A DNA stretch of 64,000 nt from Promethearchaeota archaeon (lineage in GTDB: Archaea > Asgardarchaeota > Lokiarchaeia > Sigyniarchaeales > SOKP01), in contig JAHLWS010000073.1 in the NCBI GenBank assembly GCA_019057795.1, positions 32,001-96,000 of the forward strand. Direction: 5' to 3'. Below, piece by piece: positions 30,254 through 40,025 of this stretch; the first letter of the stretch is position 1, and each line of letters begins with the position of its first letter. The translations under genes were made by a program, and so were the position numbers. The notes under the pieces were generated by a model that did no database searches, was not told the DNA's origin, and was given only the letters and a program-made list of their open reading frames with translations.

Positions 30254-30856
30254 TTATTTATCTGATTGTATTTCTTCAAAATTTGTTTTGTAGATTTGTC
30301 CTTCTAAGGATGTTTTAACCCATTCAGTTAACCAAGGACAATGTAATGGATTAAATTGGTCGAGATTTGTGTTATTACATTTACCTGTAAAGGGACAAGT
30401 TAAACATGGTTGATGTGAAAAAATATCTAAAATGAAATCATTATTATTTTTGTTAACATTAATATCTTTTACTTTAACATCGATTTTTTCAATTATAGTA
30501 ATACGCTTTACCCAAGAAGCTTCCAATAATTCGCGATTTATATTAATTTTATCTTGTAAATACAGAGTGCCTAAGATTTTATCGAGTTCCATTCGCTTTT
30601 TGTTTGTAAGCTCTAATAACTTATGAAAAAAAATATCTTTTTCTTGATTAATTATTTTAAGTACCATTTTCTCATCTTTTCTTAAACTGCGAGCTCCTTC
30701 TTTCTTTCTTTCTTCGATCCTTTCTAGCCTTCTTTCAACATCAGACTTATCGGATTCTTCTGAACCCTCGATTCTCTCCTTTACTTTGCATTTATGACGA
30801 CTTAGATAAGCGAAACTATTTCCACAATAGGGACAAACTTCTTTTTTTTTTGCCAT
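30254..30856 (-). CDS. RPC34/TFE-beta-like protein: N-terminal Zn finger, winged helix, C-terminal 4-Cys Fe-S motif
   Basis: C-terminal PCLTCP...C...NP.HCPWLTEW matches the RPC34/RPC6 Fe-S motif; N-terminal CPYC...H.C. Confidence 0.65.
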   Translation of the reverse strand: MAKKKEVCPYCGNSFAYLSRHKCKVKERIEGSEESDKSDVERRLERIEERKKEGARSLRKDEKMVLKIINQEKDIFFHKLLELTNKKRMELDKILGTLYLQDKININRELLEASWVKRITIIEKIDVKVKDINVNKNNNDFILDIFSHQPCLTCPFTGKCNNTNLDQFNPLHCPWLTEWVKTSLEGQIYKTNFEEIQSDK

Positions 30857-31050
30857 TTTAAAAGAACTTAAAATTTTTTATATTGAAATATATAAAAACA
30901 AATCTTAAAGTTAATATATTTTATAGTTTATGTTTAATCAAAAATTAATTTTACGATTTATTTATTGCTAAAATAATTAATAATTATTAGAACTAAGTTT
31001 TTTTGAATTTATGAATTTAATAGTAATTACACAATTTAATCAGCTAAAAG

Positions 31051-31848
31051 ATGAAATCAAACAAATCAAGGACGGTAAATTTAAAAAAATCATTAATTAT
31101 TGGTACAAAAAAGATTATTAGCGAAATCGAAAAAATTAAACGAGAAAAATTAAATATTTCTACTGGTTCAAAAAATATTGACGATGTTATAGGTGGTGGG
31201 TTTCATTCAAACAAAACCTATATAATTTTTGGGGCGAATAAAACTGGAAAAACTCAATTATGCCATCAGTTATCTGTTCAAGCGTATCATAAATCCTTTA
31301 AGTTGATCTATTTAGACACAGAAAACACATTTCGCCCCGAAAGGATAAGAGCATTGGCAAAAACCCAAGAACTTGAAAGCGAGAAGATTCTAAAGAATAT
31401 TTTAGTATCAAAAATTTTGAGTAATCCCGCTTTTTTACTAAAATTGAACGAGATAGAAGATGTAATCAAACAAAATAATGTCAAAATACTAATCATTGAC
31501 TCTATCAATAATTATTATAGATTTGAGCTTAGTGATAAAGAAGTATCATCTTTTAGAGCTAAAACAAGATTTTTGAAGATTTTGGAAAAAATTAGTAATC
31601 TTACTCGTAAATATAATTTAATTACAATTTTAACTGCTCAAGTTGCTCCAAATTTTATTGAAAACTCAATTATAAGAGAACTCCCTGTAGGATTGCGATA
31701 CCTGAATCATTATTTTTCTGAAGCTTTATATTTAAATCGTAAAGAAAGTGGAACGGGTTATCTTCATTTAATAAACTCTCATCAATTTCCTGAAAAGAAA
31801 ACACGTTATATTATTACGAATAAGGGAATAGAGGAATACGAAATTTGA
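31051..31848 (+). CDS. RadA/Rad51 paralog lacking the N-terminal HhH domain
   Basis: ISTGSKNID..IGGG, GANKTGKTQLCHQL, YLDTENTFRPERI and IIDSI motifs. Confidence 0.82.
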   Translation: MKSNKSRTVNLKKSLIIGTKKIISEIEKIKREKLNISTGSKNIDDVIGGGFHSNKTYIIFGANKTGKTQLCHQLSVQAYHKSFKLIYLDTENTFRPERIRALAKTQELESEKILKNILVSKILSNPAFLLKLNEIEDVIKQNNVKILIIDSINNYYRFELSDKEVSSFRAKTRFLKILEKISNLTRKYNLITILTAQVAPNFIENSIIRELPVGLRYLNHYFSEALYLNRKESGTGYLHLINSHQFPEKKTRYIITNKGIEEYEI

Positions 31849-31851
31849 AAT

Positions 31852-32691
31852 TTAATTCTCAAGAATTTTTTCTTTAAACATTTCCAATGTTAGATTTTTA
31901 AGATTATTCGAGATAATTTTCGAATTGATTATATACACGGGATTTTTGATTCTGTTCAATAACCATTCAACAATTTGTAAAGCATACTGTAACTTTTTCA
32001 GCTTGATTGGGCTAGCCTTATGATTCTTTTCTATTTCTGGTTTACTATATTTGCCTATAATGTCGTTAAAGTCCATACCTATAAGATATAATTCGTGTTT
32101 AGGTAAAAGTAAAGACGATATAAAAGATATAATCCTATCCCCATCAGTAAAACCGCCAGAATTAACTAGATTTTCAACTGGTTCTACTTGGGTTGTTCCT
32201 ATAACATTTGGAAAGTTGATTATTTCGCTCTTAAAATGTTTTAGGCAAATTATATTATCTCCGTGAGCATGGACTATTATGAATTTTGAATGTTTAAAAT
32301 CTCGCTTAGTAATACCATCTAAGTCAGTAAAGATTCCATCTATTTGAATTTTCCTTTCTGTTAATAATCGGGCGGCCCCATCCGCTGCTAAATTCACCCA
32401 ATTATTGAAAATCTTTTTCTCCCGTATTTTTAGAATGTAATCAATAGTTTCTTCAAGCGAAGGGCCGCATCCATAAATGAAAATTCTCTTCTTCTTTTGA
32501 ATAAGGCATTTAAAAGAAAGTAGCACTTTCTCAAGTTTCCAATTTTCATTTTTTTCTTCTAAAATTCTAGATAAAAACTCTCTCGCTTCACAATCTTTTT
32601 GATAGTTAAAATTAAAATCTTGTAGTATCTTAATATACCACTGTTTAAATTCAACAAATGAATCTATCCGTTTCTTAAGTGAATGTTTCAT
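31852..32691 (-). CDS. mptE: 6-hydroxymethylpterin diphosphokinase MptE-like
   Basis: GCGPSL, AADGA, TDLDG, VHAHGDN, GGFTDGDR and GMDF motifs. Confidence 0.88.
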   Translation of the reverse strand: MKHSLKKRIDSFVEFKQWYIKILQDFNFNYQKDCEAREFLSRILEEKNENWKLEKVLLSFKCLIQKKKRIFIYGCGPSLEETIDYILKIREKKIFNNWVNLAADGAARLLTERKIQIDGIFTDLDGITKRDFKHSKFIIVHAHGDNIICLKHFKSEIINFPNVIGTTQVEPVENLVNSGGFTDGDRIISFISSLLLPKHELYLIGMDFNDIIGKYSKPEIEKNHKASPIKLKKLQYALQIVEWLLNRIKNPVYIINSKIISNNLKNLTLEMFKEKILEN

Positions 32692-32828
32692 CTATATCGT
32701 TGTTTTGTTTTTAAAATTTTTCTGGAATAAAAAAATTTTAAATCTATTATATAATTAGTTTTATCATACACTTAAATTCGATATTATAAAAATTTATAAA
32801 ATTTTAAACAAAAAGTTGAATATAAAAC

Positions 32829-33230
32829 ATGACGATTTGGTATACTAAAACCCACCAATGGTATAATGATGAAAATGGTGAAGTAGGACTTACTCCTTTT
32901 GCAGCTGAGCAATTAGGAGAAATCTCTTTTGTTGATGTTGATGCACTTGAAGGTGCTGAACTTACTCAGCTAACTATGGATGGAGATGAACCAACTTCAG
33001 ATCCAATTGACGCCACAGTTGAGTCAAGTAAAGCTGTTGGAGATATATATAGTCCGGTCTCTGGAACAGTTAAAGAAGTAAATGGCGATTTGATGGACGA
33101 GCCTGAGAAAATTAACGAAGCTGCCTTCTCTGCTTGGTTGTATAAGATCGATGCATCAAATTGGGACGCAGAAAAAGGCAATTTATTAGACGAAGCCGCC
33201 TATAAAGCGTTTACAGACTCGCTTAAATAA
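32829..33230 (+). CDS. gcvH: Glycine cleavage system H protein (lipoyl carrier)
   Basis: YTKTHQW, GLTPFAAEQLG and VESSKAVGDIYSPVSG (lipoyl-Lys) motifs. Confidence 0.9.
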   Translation: MTIWYTKTHQWYNDENGEVGLTPFAAEQLGEISFVDVDALEGAELTQLTMDGDEPTSDPIDATVESSKAVGDIYSPVSGTVKEVNGDLMDEPEKINEAAFSAWLYKIDASNWDAEKGNLLDEAAYKAFTDSLK

Positions 33231-33449
33231 ATCAAGTTTTTAGTCTTACTTAGAAAATTTATAATTTTTACTTTTTTTTATTTTTCTGTGAAAACTTTTG
33301 AACTACTTCAATAAGTTCAACTTGAGTATTAATGGATTTGCTTCTAAAAATGAGTATTTTTCATCAACGACATCTGAGATTTAACTATTTGAAGCTTAGC
33401 ATAATAAATAAATATAAAGAGTTTTATTCTATTTAGGGCAAAACCGGTA

Positions 33450-33980
33450 TTACACATTAAATAATGTTTGACCAAGTTTAATCGTAATCATTGCTTGTAA
33501 TGTAATAAAAGCAATTAAAATTAAAAGAATCCCTGCAATTAAATACCTTATTGCAATATTCTTGTTATAAACATATTGAGATGCTAGGTATAAAAAAATA
33601 AAGCCTAAAGAACACAAAAAAATAAAAATTGAAGCGACAATTCCTTCAATTATAAACGATTCATTAATGTCAGGATAAAGAAACATAGGATCACCCGTTG
33701 TTGGATTAGCTCCCATTGCTGGAGGGTCTCTAATTATTAAATATACAATTCCAGTTTGTAAAAGAAACAAAGCAATATAAACCACTATCGCAGAGATTGA
33801 TTTTCCTGGAAGAGGCATATCCATTCTAGGCCTTTTTATATCAGGAAACAATAATTTAGGTTTTCTTAGTGTTTTACCAAAAACCCAAGGAGTTTTATCT
33901 TTGATTTTTTCAAAAACAGTCTCTGAGCCAATAACTTCTTCTTTAACAAGCTTAGTTTTCGTGCTTCTTTCTTTTTGCAT
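33450..33980 (-). CDS. OSTC/DC2-like oligosaccharyltransferase subunit (OST3/OST6 family)
   Basis: TGIVYLIIRDPPAMG and FIIEGIVASIF...GFI motifs; three TM helices; no thioredoxin domain. Confidence 0.78.
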   Translation of the reverse strand: MQKERSTKTKLVKEEVIGSETVFEKIKDKTPWVFGKTLRKPKLLFPDIKRPRMDMPLPGKSISAIVVYIALFLLQTGIVYLIIRDPPAMGANPTTGDPMFLYPDINESFIIEGIVASIFIFLCSLGFIFLYLASQYVYNKNIAIRYLIAGILLILIAFITLQAMITIKLGQTLFNV

Positions 33981-34066
33981 TATAATCTTAGAATTTTATT
34001 TTCTTTGTTTTATAAATTTCTTTTGAATTAAAATTTTTTTAAAAAAGAAATAATTATTCAAGTTAT

Positions 34067-35587
34067 TTAATCTAAATTTTTAAGTAAAGTTACTAAAAAT
34101 TTCCAGACTTTCTCTACGCTTCTTATCTTTAGCCTTTCGTCAGGAGAATGGCCTCCCAAAACATCAGGGCCAAAAGATATCATTTCCATCTCTGGAAAAT
34201 GCAAGTTGAAATAGGAGCATTCTAATCCCGCGTGAATAGCTTGAATTATAACTTCTTCGTCAAATAGTTCTTTATACACCGATTTAGATATACTCGTAAT
34301 TTTTGAGTCAAAATCCGGCGGCCAACTAGGATATTCAGTATCAATAGTTTTATTGAATTCTAAGCCAGACATCTTCAATAAAGTTGTAACTTTTTCATGG
34401 ATAATATCTTTGTCATACTGGGCCAAACTCCTTTGACTTATTTGAAATTCAATAAAATCTTCAAGTGTTTTTATCGACGCTAAATTAGAAGACGTATGAA
34501 CTAATCCTTTACTCGTCGGATGTAGAGAAATGGGTCCATTAGGCATCAAATATAACAAGTTTAATAATTTATCTTGAATTTCTTTAGTCAATACGAGATC
34601 ATCTGTAAATGCATCTAATTTTTCGAAAGAAATCTTAAAATTTGGTTCGATTTCATTATACAACTTTTGAATGTTTAATTTCAACTTTTTTATATAAGAA
34701 TCAATTTCTGTAAACTTATTTTTATTAATAAAAATAATAGCACGACATTCTCTTGGAATAGCATTCGATAGATTACCCCCTTTTAAAGAATTGAGAGAAA
34801 TTTTATATTTTTTATTCAATTTCCATAAAATTTGGGCAACTATTTTTAGCGCATTACTTCGACCTTTGTGAATATCTCCGCCTGAATGCCCCCCAACTAA
34901 ACCAGTCACGGAAATTTTAGTTGGTGTTAAATTAGCATCAATACTATTTATCTTTGTTTTTTCTCTTTTTATCTTTACAGTAAATGTTATACCTCCCGCA
35001 CAACCAATTGTGAAACGGTCATCTTCTTCCGAATCAAGATTTAATAGATATTTTCCTCTAATCAGGTCTTTACTTATTTGACTCGCGCCCGTAAGGGCTC
35101 TCTCTTCATCTACAGTAAATAATAAGTCTAAATCAATTGAATCAAAATTTAAACTACCATCGTGGATTTTCTTCATAATAGCAAGCTGATACGCGATCCC
35201 CACGCCATTATCCGCTCCCAATGTTGTCCCTTCCGCAGTTAACCATCTTTCACCTTCAATTTCAACGGTTTTTAATTTTAATGGATCTTTTAAGAAATCG
35301 TGAATAACATCTTCATTCTTTTCACACACCATATCCATGTGACTCTGCAAAACTACTCCTAAACACTTTGAATTAGATCCTAATTTGGACGGAATTCGCA
35401 CAACAATATTTTTTATTTGGTCAACCTCAGTTTGAAAACCTAATTTCTCAGCTTCTTTCTTGATATATTCTCTCATCTGATCTTCGTGAGCTGAGCATCG
35501 AGGAATTTTTGTGATTTGATAAAAATATTGCCAAAACTCTAAAGGCTCGCCAAGGTTTTTTAAATTTTCCATAATTCTCGCTTCCAA
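34067..35587 (-). CDS. pepD: Aminoacyl-histidine dipeptidase (M20C)
   Basis: LQSHMDMV, TTLGADNG, TVDEE, NLDSEE, GGHSG, IHAGLEC and HSPDE motifs. Confidence 0.93.
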   Translation of the reverse strand: MEARIMENLKNLGEPLEFWQYFYQITKIPRCSAHEDQMREYIKKEAEKLGFQTEVDQIKNIVVRIPSKLGSNSKCLGVVLQSHMDMVCEKNEDVIHDFLKDPLKLKTVEIEGERWLTAEGTTLGADNGVGIAYQLAIMKKIHDGSLNFDSIDLDLLFTVDEERALTGASQISKDLIRGKYLLNLDSEEDDRFTIGCAGGITFTVKIKREKTKINSIDANLTPTKISVTGLVGGHSGGDIHKGRSNALKIVAQILWKLNKKYKISLNSLKGGNLSNAIPRECRAIIFINKNKFTEIDSYIKKLKLNIQKLYNEIEPNFKISFEKLDAFTDDLVLTKEIQDKLLNLLYLMPNGPISLHPTSKGLVHTSSNLASIKTLEDFIEFQISQRSLAQYDKDIIHEKVTTLLKMSGLEFNKTIDTEYPSWPPDFDSKITSISKSVYKELFDEEVIIQAIHAGLECSYFNLHFPEMEMISFGPDVLGGHSPDERLKIRSVEKVWKFLVTLLKNLD

Positions 35588-35671
35588 TGAAAATATAAAT
35601 ATGAATTATTTTTTATTATTTAATAAAAATAATATTTAATTCCTTATAATATTAATAAAAGAGGTAATTTA

Positions 35672-36784
35672 ATGAGTAGTTGGAAGGATCTCTATTCTGA
35701 AGTTAAACGGCGTAAAATGGAAGCGCTTGATAAAAAAGATATTGTAAAAGCAGTCGAGAAGCACGGCAGAATACTCGCGGTTGAAGGTCGCTATGAAAAA
35801 CCTAAAAAAGTAATAGACCATATGTATGCGGCAAAACATATAACCATTAAACCTACTGATATCATGAAGTATAATTTAAGTGATTACGATGTCGTGTTGA
35901 TAGGATGTCCAGGAGATAAAATCCCACATTCGGCTTTCCCTAAAATTAGTGAATATGTTTCGCTAAAAGGAGGGTGGATAATAACAACAGACTGGGCTAT
36001 AAAACATATTGTAGAAACGATATTCCCGGGTTATATCCGATGGAACGGAGAAAGAACTGCCGATGCTGTTGTTGCGTGCCAAATTCTTGAGCCAAATCAC
36101 CCTTTCTTAGATGGAGTAATAAGTGAAATACAACAAGCTAAATGGCAAAAAATGTCGTCAAAAGACACTAAAAAAACCGAATTTAAGTGGTGGCTTGAAA
36201 ATAGATCTTTTCCAATTCAAGTTCTTAATCCCTCCGTAAGAGTATTAATCTCTTCTCTGCGAATTCAGCAAAAATGGGGCCAAGCTCCCGTTTTGTGTTA
36301 TTTTGATCACGGTAAAACAGGAGGGCGCGTTATTCATTTAATTTCTCATACTCATCTACAAAAAGGCGGAGCAAAAGGTAAATACGCGTCAGCTTTAATA
36401 TTAACAAATATTTTAGATGAGAAAGTTTCTTTAAAGATGGGACTATCTGAAAAACCTGCTCAAGGTTACGTCTCAAACTGGGAGCAACCTCAACCTTATT
36501 CTCAGCAACAACAAATGGTTACACCTTCTCAAGATAGTTCGTTTTTAACCCCTTATAGTGCAAATACGGGGTTAACAGGGACCTCGCAAATAGTTGAAGT
36601 GGATGTAAATAGTAGTAATTTTTCTTTTGCAAATAAATGCAGTTATTGCGGCTATGATTTTGGTGATTACACAGGTAAAATATACATGTGCCAAGCATGT
36701 GGTACAAATTATCACGAAAACTGTCTTAACTTGCAGATTAATGAAGGTACTTGTAAAAATTGCGGCAAAATATTGCTTTGGTAA
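35672..36784 (+). CDS. Hypothetical protein: class I GAT-like domain, Q/S-rich linker, C-terminal C4HC3 zinc finger
   Basis: YDVVLIGCPG...GGWIITTDWA; C-terminal CSYC-x13-CQAC-x4-HENC-x9-CKNC. Confidence 0.65.
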   Translation: MSSWKDLYSEVKRRKMEALDKKDIVKAVEKHGRILAVEGRYEKPKKVIDHMYAAKHITIKPTDIMKYNLSDYDVVLIGCPGDKIPHSAFPKISEYVSLKGGWIITTDWAIKHIVETIFPGYIRWNGERTADAVVACQILEPNHPFLDGVISEIQQAKWQKMSSKDTKKTEFKWWLENRSFPIQVLNPSVRVLISSLRIQQKWGQAPVLCYFDHGKTGGRVIHLISHTHLQKGGAKGKYASALILTNILDEKVSLKMGLSEKPAQGYVSNWEQPQPYSQQQQMVTPSQDSSFLTPYSANTGLTGTSQIVEVDVNSSNFSFANKCSYCGYDFGDYTGKIYMCQACGTNYHENCLNLQINEGTCKNCGKILLW

Positions 36785-37091
36785 TTTGTGAATTAAAATA
36801 AATTTCCATTCAGAAATATTTTGTAATCGATAACTCAACATATTTTTTTATTCTTCTTATTCTTCTTAAAAACTTTAATCCTATAGGATTGTATTACACC
36901 GATATATCTTATCATATTTCGGTAATATATACAAATTTTCGTGAAAGGGGTGTTTCACGATCTGAATTATTAAGATAAAACTGGTAAAAGTGGTTGGATA
37001 CCGTTAAAAAATGTTAAAATAATTAAAAAAAATTTAATTTAAAAATAAAAAAAAGAGTTTTCTAAAAAATCTATGAGGAATTTTTTGAATT

Positions 37092-37289
37092 TTAATCCTC
37101 AGTTATTGTTATGCATTCTTCAGGGCATTGTGTCTCACATGCCATGCAACCAACGCAATCGTCTCTATTGTCTTCTATTATATTTACTTTTCCACCCTCA
37201 GGTTCTGCAAAACACTCACTTGGGCAGACTTCATAGCATGTTCCACATCCAGTGCAAGCATCCATATCAATTTTGATTCCGAATCCCAT
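37092..37289 (-). CDS. 2[4Fe-4S] ferredoxin
   Basis: Two CxxCxxCxxxCP motifs. Confidence 0.93.
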   Translation of the reverse strand: MGFGIKIDMDACTGCGTCYEVCPSECFAEPEGGKVNIIEDNRDDCVGCMACETQCPEECITITED

Positions 37290-37462
37290 AATTTATTACC
37301 TATTTGTTGTTTTTGTTTCTTTTCGAAGTTTTTTTTTTCTGAATATAGATAAATTAATTATCTTTGATATGGAGAATTGCGTAAAAAATTTAAATTTCTT
37401 TCTTATTTTGGGAAATAATTGATAGAAGATTTTTTTCTTAAAAAAAAAAAGATATTATAAAT

Positions 37463-37927
37463 TTAAGGCAAATCAAGATTTTTTAAACCTAGGTAATACA
37501 AAATAGCCGTTAAGAACCCACCAATTATTCCACCATAAAAACCGGCATCAAACCACCACCAAACATCATCTAATTCCATCACCACGGCAAAAATAATACC
37601 CCCAATTAAGCTAAGAACAAATACCAGAGTTGACATAAAAAACCCATATTTAACATATTTCTTATCAGGGATTTTATCAGGAAATCTAAGTACAAGTATT
37701 GAAATACCCATACAGTATAAGAGCAAGAATCCTGATATCACTATTGGAATACCATAAATACTGTTCCACGCACCTATTCCTCCAAATATATAGACTCCAA
37801 GGTAATAATTTGAACCGTCCCATCCACCGAAATCTAAGGCTAAGAGCAAAATTCCACCAATAGCGCTGGTGATTAATGCCCCCATGAAAAAAATCGATGT
37901 TGGAACTTCACTTTTCTCTTTTGACAT
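37463..37927 (-). CDS. Hypothetical 4-TM membrane protein
   Basis: Four hydrophobic helices; GAGGA RBS upstream. Confidence 0.7.
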   Translation of the reverse strand: MSKEKSEVPTSIFFMGALITSAIGGILLLALDFGGWDGSNYYLGVYIFGGIGAWNSIYGIPIVISGFLLLYCMGISILVLRFPDKIPDKKYVKYGFFMSTLVFVLSLIGGIIFAVVMELDDVWWWFDAGFYGGIIGGFLTAILYYLGLKNLDLP

Positions 37928-38069
37928 TTTTTATTCCTCTTTATTAAAAATTTTATTAATTAAAAAGAAATTTGATTTTAATTTTATTTATAATTATATT
38001 TTATAAAAAATAATTGATGTTTCAAAAAACATTTTCCTATATTGAAATAACAGTCTAGCAATAGTAATA

Positions 38070-39191
38070 ATGATGTTTGTTAAAGAACGATGGGATTTCC
38101 TTAATAGCGAGTCAATTCTTGGGATTGAAGTAGGAGATATTAATAATAACGGAAGCTATGAAATTGTTGCTTTTTCTAAATCGGGTAAAATTCTTATACT
38201 TTCTATGAAAGGTAAATTAATTTCTGAATTAGAAATCTCAGAGAATTCCTCTATTTGGCAAGCAAAAATATGCGACATAGATCGCGATAATAAAAATGAA
38301 GTTATTTTTAGTGGTTTAGATGGTTTATTAAGAGTGTTTAAATGTAGTCCCTCCTATGAATTGAAACCTTTTTGGGCACATCAATTTGGTGCATCTATTA
38401 GCGGGTTCTTGTTTGAGGACATAAACGACAATAACACAGACGAAATCATCGCGTATTCGATAGATAAAAGCTTAAGAGTTTTAAACCCTATTAATGGATC
38501 TTTAATATGGGGTCAAATCTTTGAAGATGGAATAGGTGACGCTATAATTTATCGAGATTCTACTGACTTTGGAACAAAGGAAGTAATTGCATGTGGAAAT
38601 GATGGCTCAATCAGAGTTTTTAAGGGAAAGGATGGAGATTTAGTCTGGATTAAACGATTTAAAGATAAAATTCGTTGCGTTTCGATTTTTAAATCAAAAA
38701 ATAGAGAATTGGTTGTATGTGGAGGAGATGATAAAAAACTCCACTTAATTGATAAAATTACTCAAGAAGAAATTAAATCAATTCAATTCGACGATTATGT
38801 CTGGAAATGCTTTTCGTTTCTTCATAATGACGAAAATTATTTAGTAGTAAGTACTTATTCGTTTGAATATTTTGACGAGTCTCTTAATATCGAAGATATC
38901 GAATTCAGCTCAAAACTTATGTGCTGGAACAAAAAATTAGAAAAAAAATGGGACATAACGCACATAAATACAGAATGCTTGATTCAAACTAAAATAGATT
39001 CGAATAGTTATATTGTATTAGGAACAACTAAGGGGAAATTATTGATCATTGACGAAGTTTCTGGCAAAATTATTACTAAAATTCAAAAAAAATCGTGTTT
39101 AAACGACCTAAAATACGATTTGAAATCAAATATCTTAATTGCCTGTCATGATAACGGTTCAATATTCGCTTACTTTTTAGCGGAGTCTTAA
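38070..39191 (+). CDS. Beta-propeller protein with FG-GAP/WD40-like repeats
   Basis: Repeated DINNNG/DIDRDN/DINDNN...E[IV] and DG.[LI]RVF blade motifs; no signal peptide. Confidence 0.72.
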   Translation: MMFVKERWDFLNSESILGIEVGDINNNGSYEIVAFSKSGKILILSMKGKLISELEISENSSIWQAKICDIDRDNKNEVIFSGLDGLLRVFKCSPSYELKPFWAHQFGASISGFLFEDINDNNTDEIIAYSIDKSLRVLNPINGSLIWGQIFEDGIGDAIIYRDSTDFGTKEVIACGNDGSIRVFKGKDGDLVWIKRFKDKIRCVSIFKSKNRELVVCGGDDKKLHLIDKITQEEIKSIQFDDYVWKCFSFLHNDENYLVVSTYSFEYFDESLNIEDIEFSSKLMCWNKKLEKKWDITHINTECLIQTKIDSNSYIVLGTTKGKLLIIDEVSGKIITKIQKKSCLNDLKYDLKSNILIACHDNGSIFAYFLAES

Positions 39192-39229
39192 CTTTGATAT
39201 TTAAATAAAAATTTTTTAAACGAATAACT

Positions 39230-39970
39230 ATGTGTCGTATGTTTTTTCAGTGTTCGCTTGAACCCTTTCAAATTGATTTTAAAATTTTAAAAAAATTTGT
39301 AGCCTCGTGCCATTGGCATTATTTAAGGAAGTATAATCTTTTTGGGCACCATGGATTGGGTTGGGGCTTCGCTTATATCTCTGAAGGTGACAACAAACTC
39401 GTAATAAAGCGAGATATAACTCAAATATACTACGCGGACTGGAAAAACCTCACTAAGATTAAAACTCGTTTCCTTTTAGTCCACGCGAGAAAAACCCTCC
39501 CTTGGAAAAAGAACTTTAGAGACGTACATCCTATAGATATTGGTGAGAAATACATCATAACTCATAATGGAATTATAAAAGGCTTTCCAGATAAAAAATT
39601 AAAAAACCCAAAATTGGAAAAAATTTATAGTAAAACTAACTTGGACACTCGAAAATATCTATGTGCTATTATTGACGAACTACAAGAAGGTAAAAGTTTA
39701 AAGAATACCTTGGAAACCCTTTTTAAAGAGATTGAGATAGGTGCTGGCGCGAACGCATTTCTATTTAATTCGCACACCTGCAATGTCATCACTAATCATA
39801 AAACTAATTTTAACGGCAGGCACCACACCTTATTTTTAAGAAAAAAACAAAAAGAAATCCTTGTAAGCACTACTCCCTTAACTGAGAATGCAAAAGAAAT
39901 TCCTAATTACTCTTTAATTCAAATTGATTTAAATAATCTAAACCTGAATGCTATGAAATTAGAATTTTAG
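39230..39970 (+). CDS. Class II glutamine amidotransferase (Ntn hydrolase, YafJ/EgtC-like)
   Basis: N-terminal MCRM; H..GWG, HARK, VHP and HNG motifs. Confidence 0.85.
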   Translation: MCRMFFQCSLEPFQIDFKILKKFVASCHWHYLRKYNLFGHHGLGWGFAYISEGDNKLVIKRDITQIYYADWKNLTKIKTRFLLVHARKTLPWKKNFRDVHPIDIGEKYIITHNGIIKGFPDKKLKNPKLEKIYSKTNLDTRKYLCAIIDELQEGKSLKNTLETLFKEIEIGAGANAFLFNSHTCNVITNHKTNFNGRHHTLFLRKKQKEILVSTTPLTENAKEIPNYSLIQIDLNNLNLNAMKLEF

Positions 39971-40025
39971 GTATAAATATATAATTTTAAATAAAAAAAA
40001 ATAAAAAAGGTTAATTATATCCTTT

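Noticed and set aside
36941-37042. SH3-like peptide DKTGKSGWIPLKNVK in the intergenic gap
   Set aside because: Preceded by an in-frame TAA and only about 22 codons long; could be chance or an unidentifiable remnant.
37463-37927. Claudin/PMP22-like call for the 4-TM protein
   Set aside because: The topology is compatible, but the W-GLW-C-C signature is missing.
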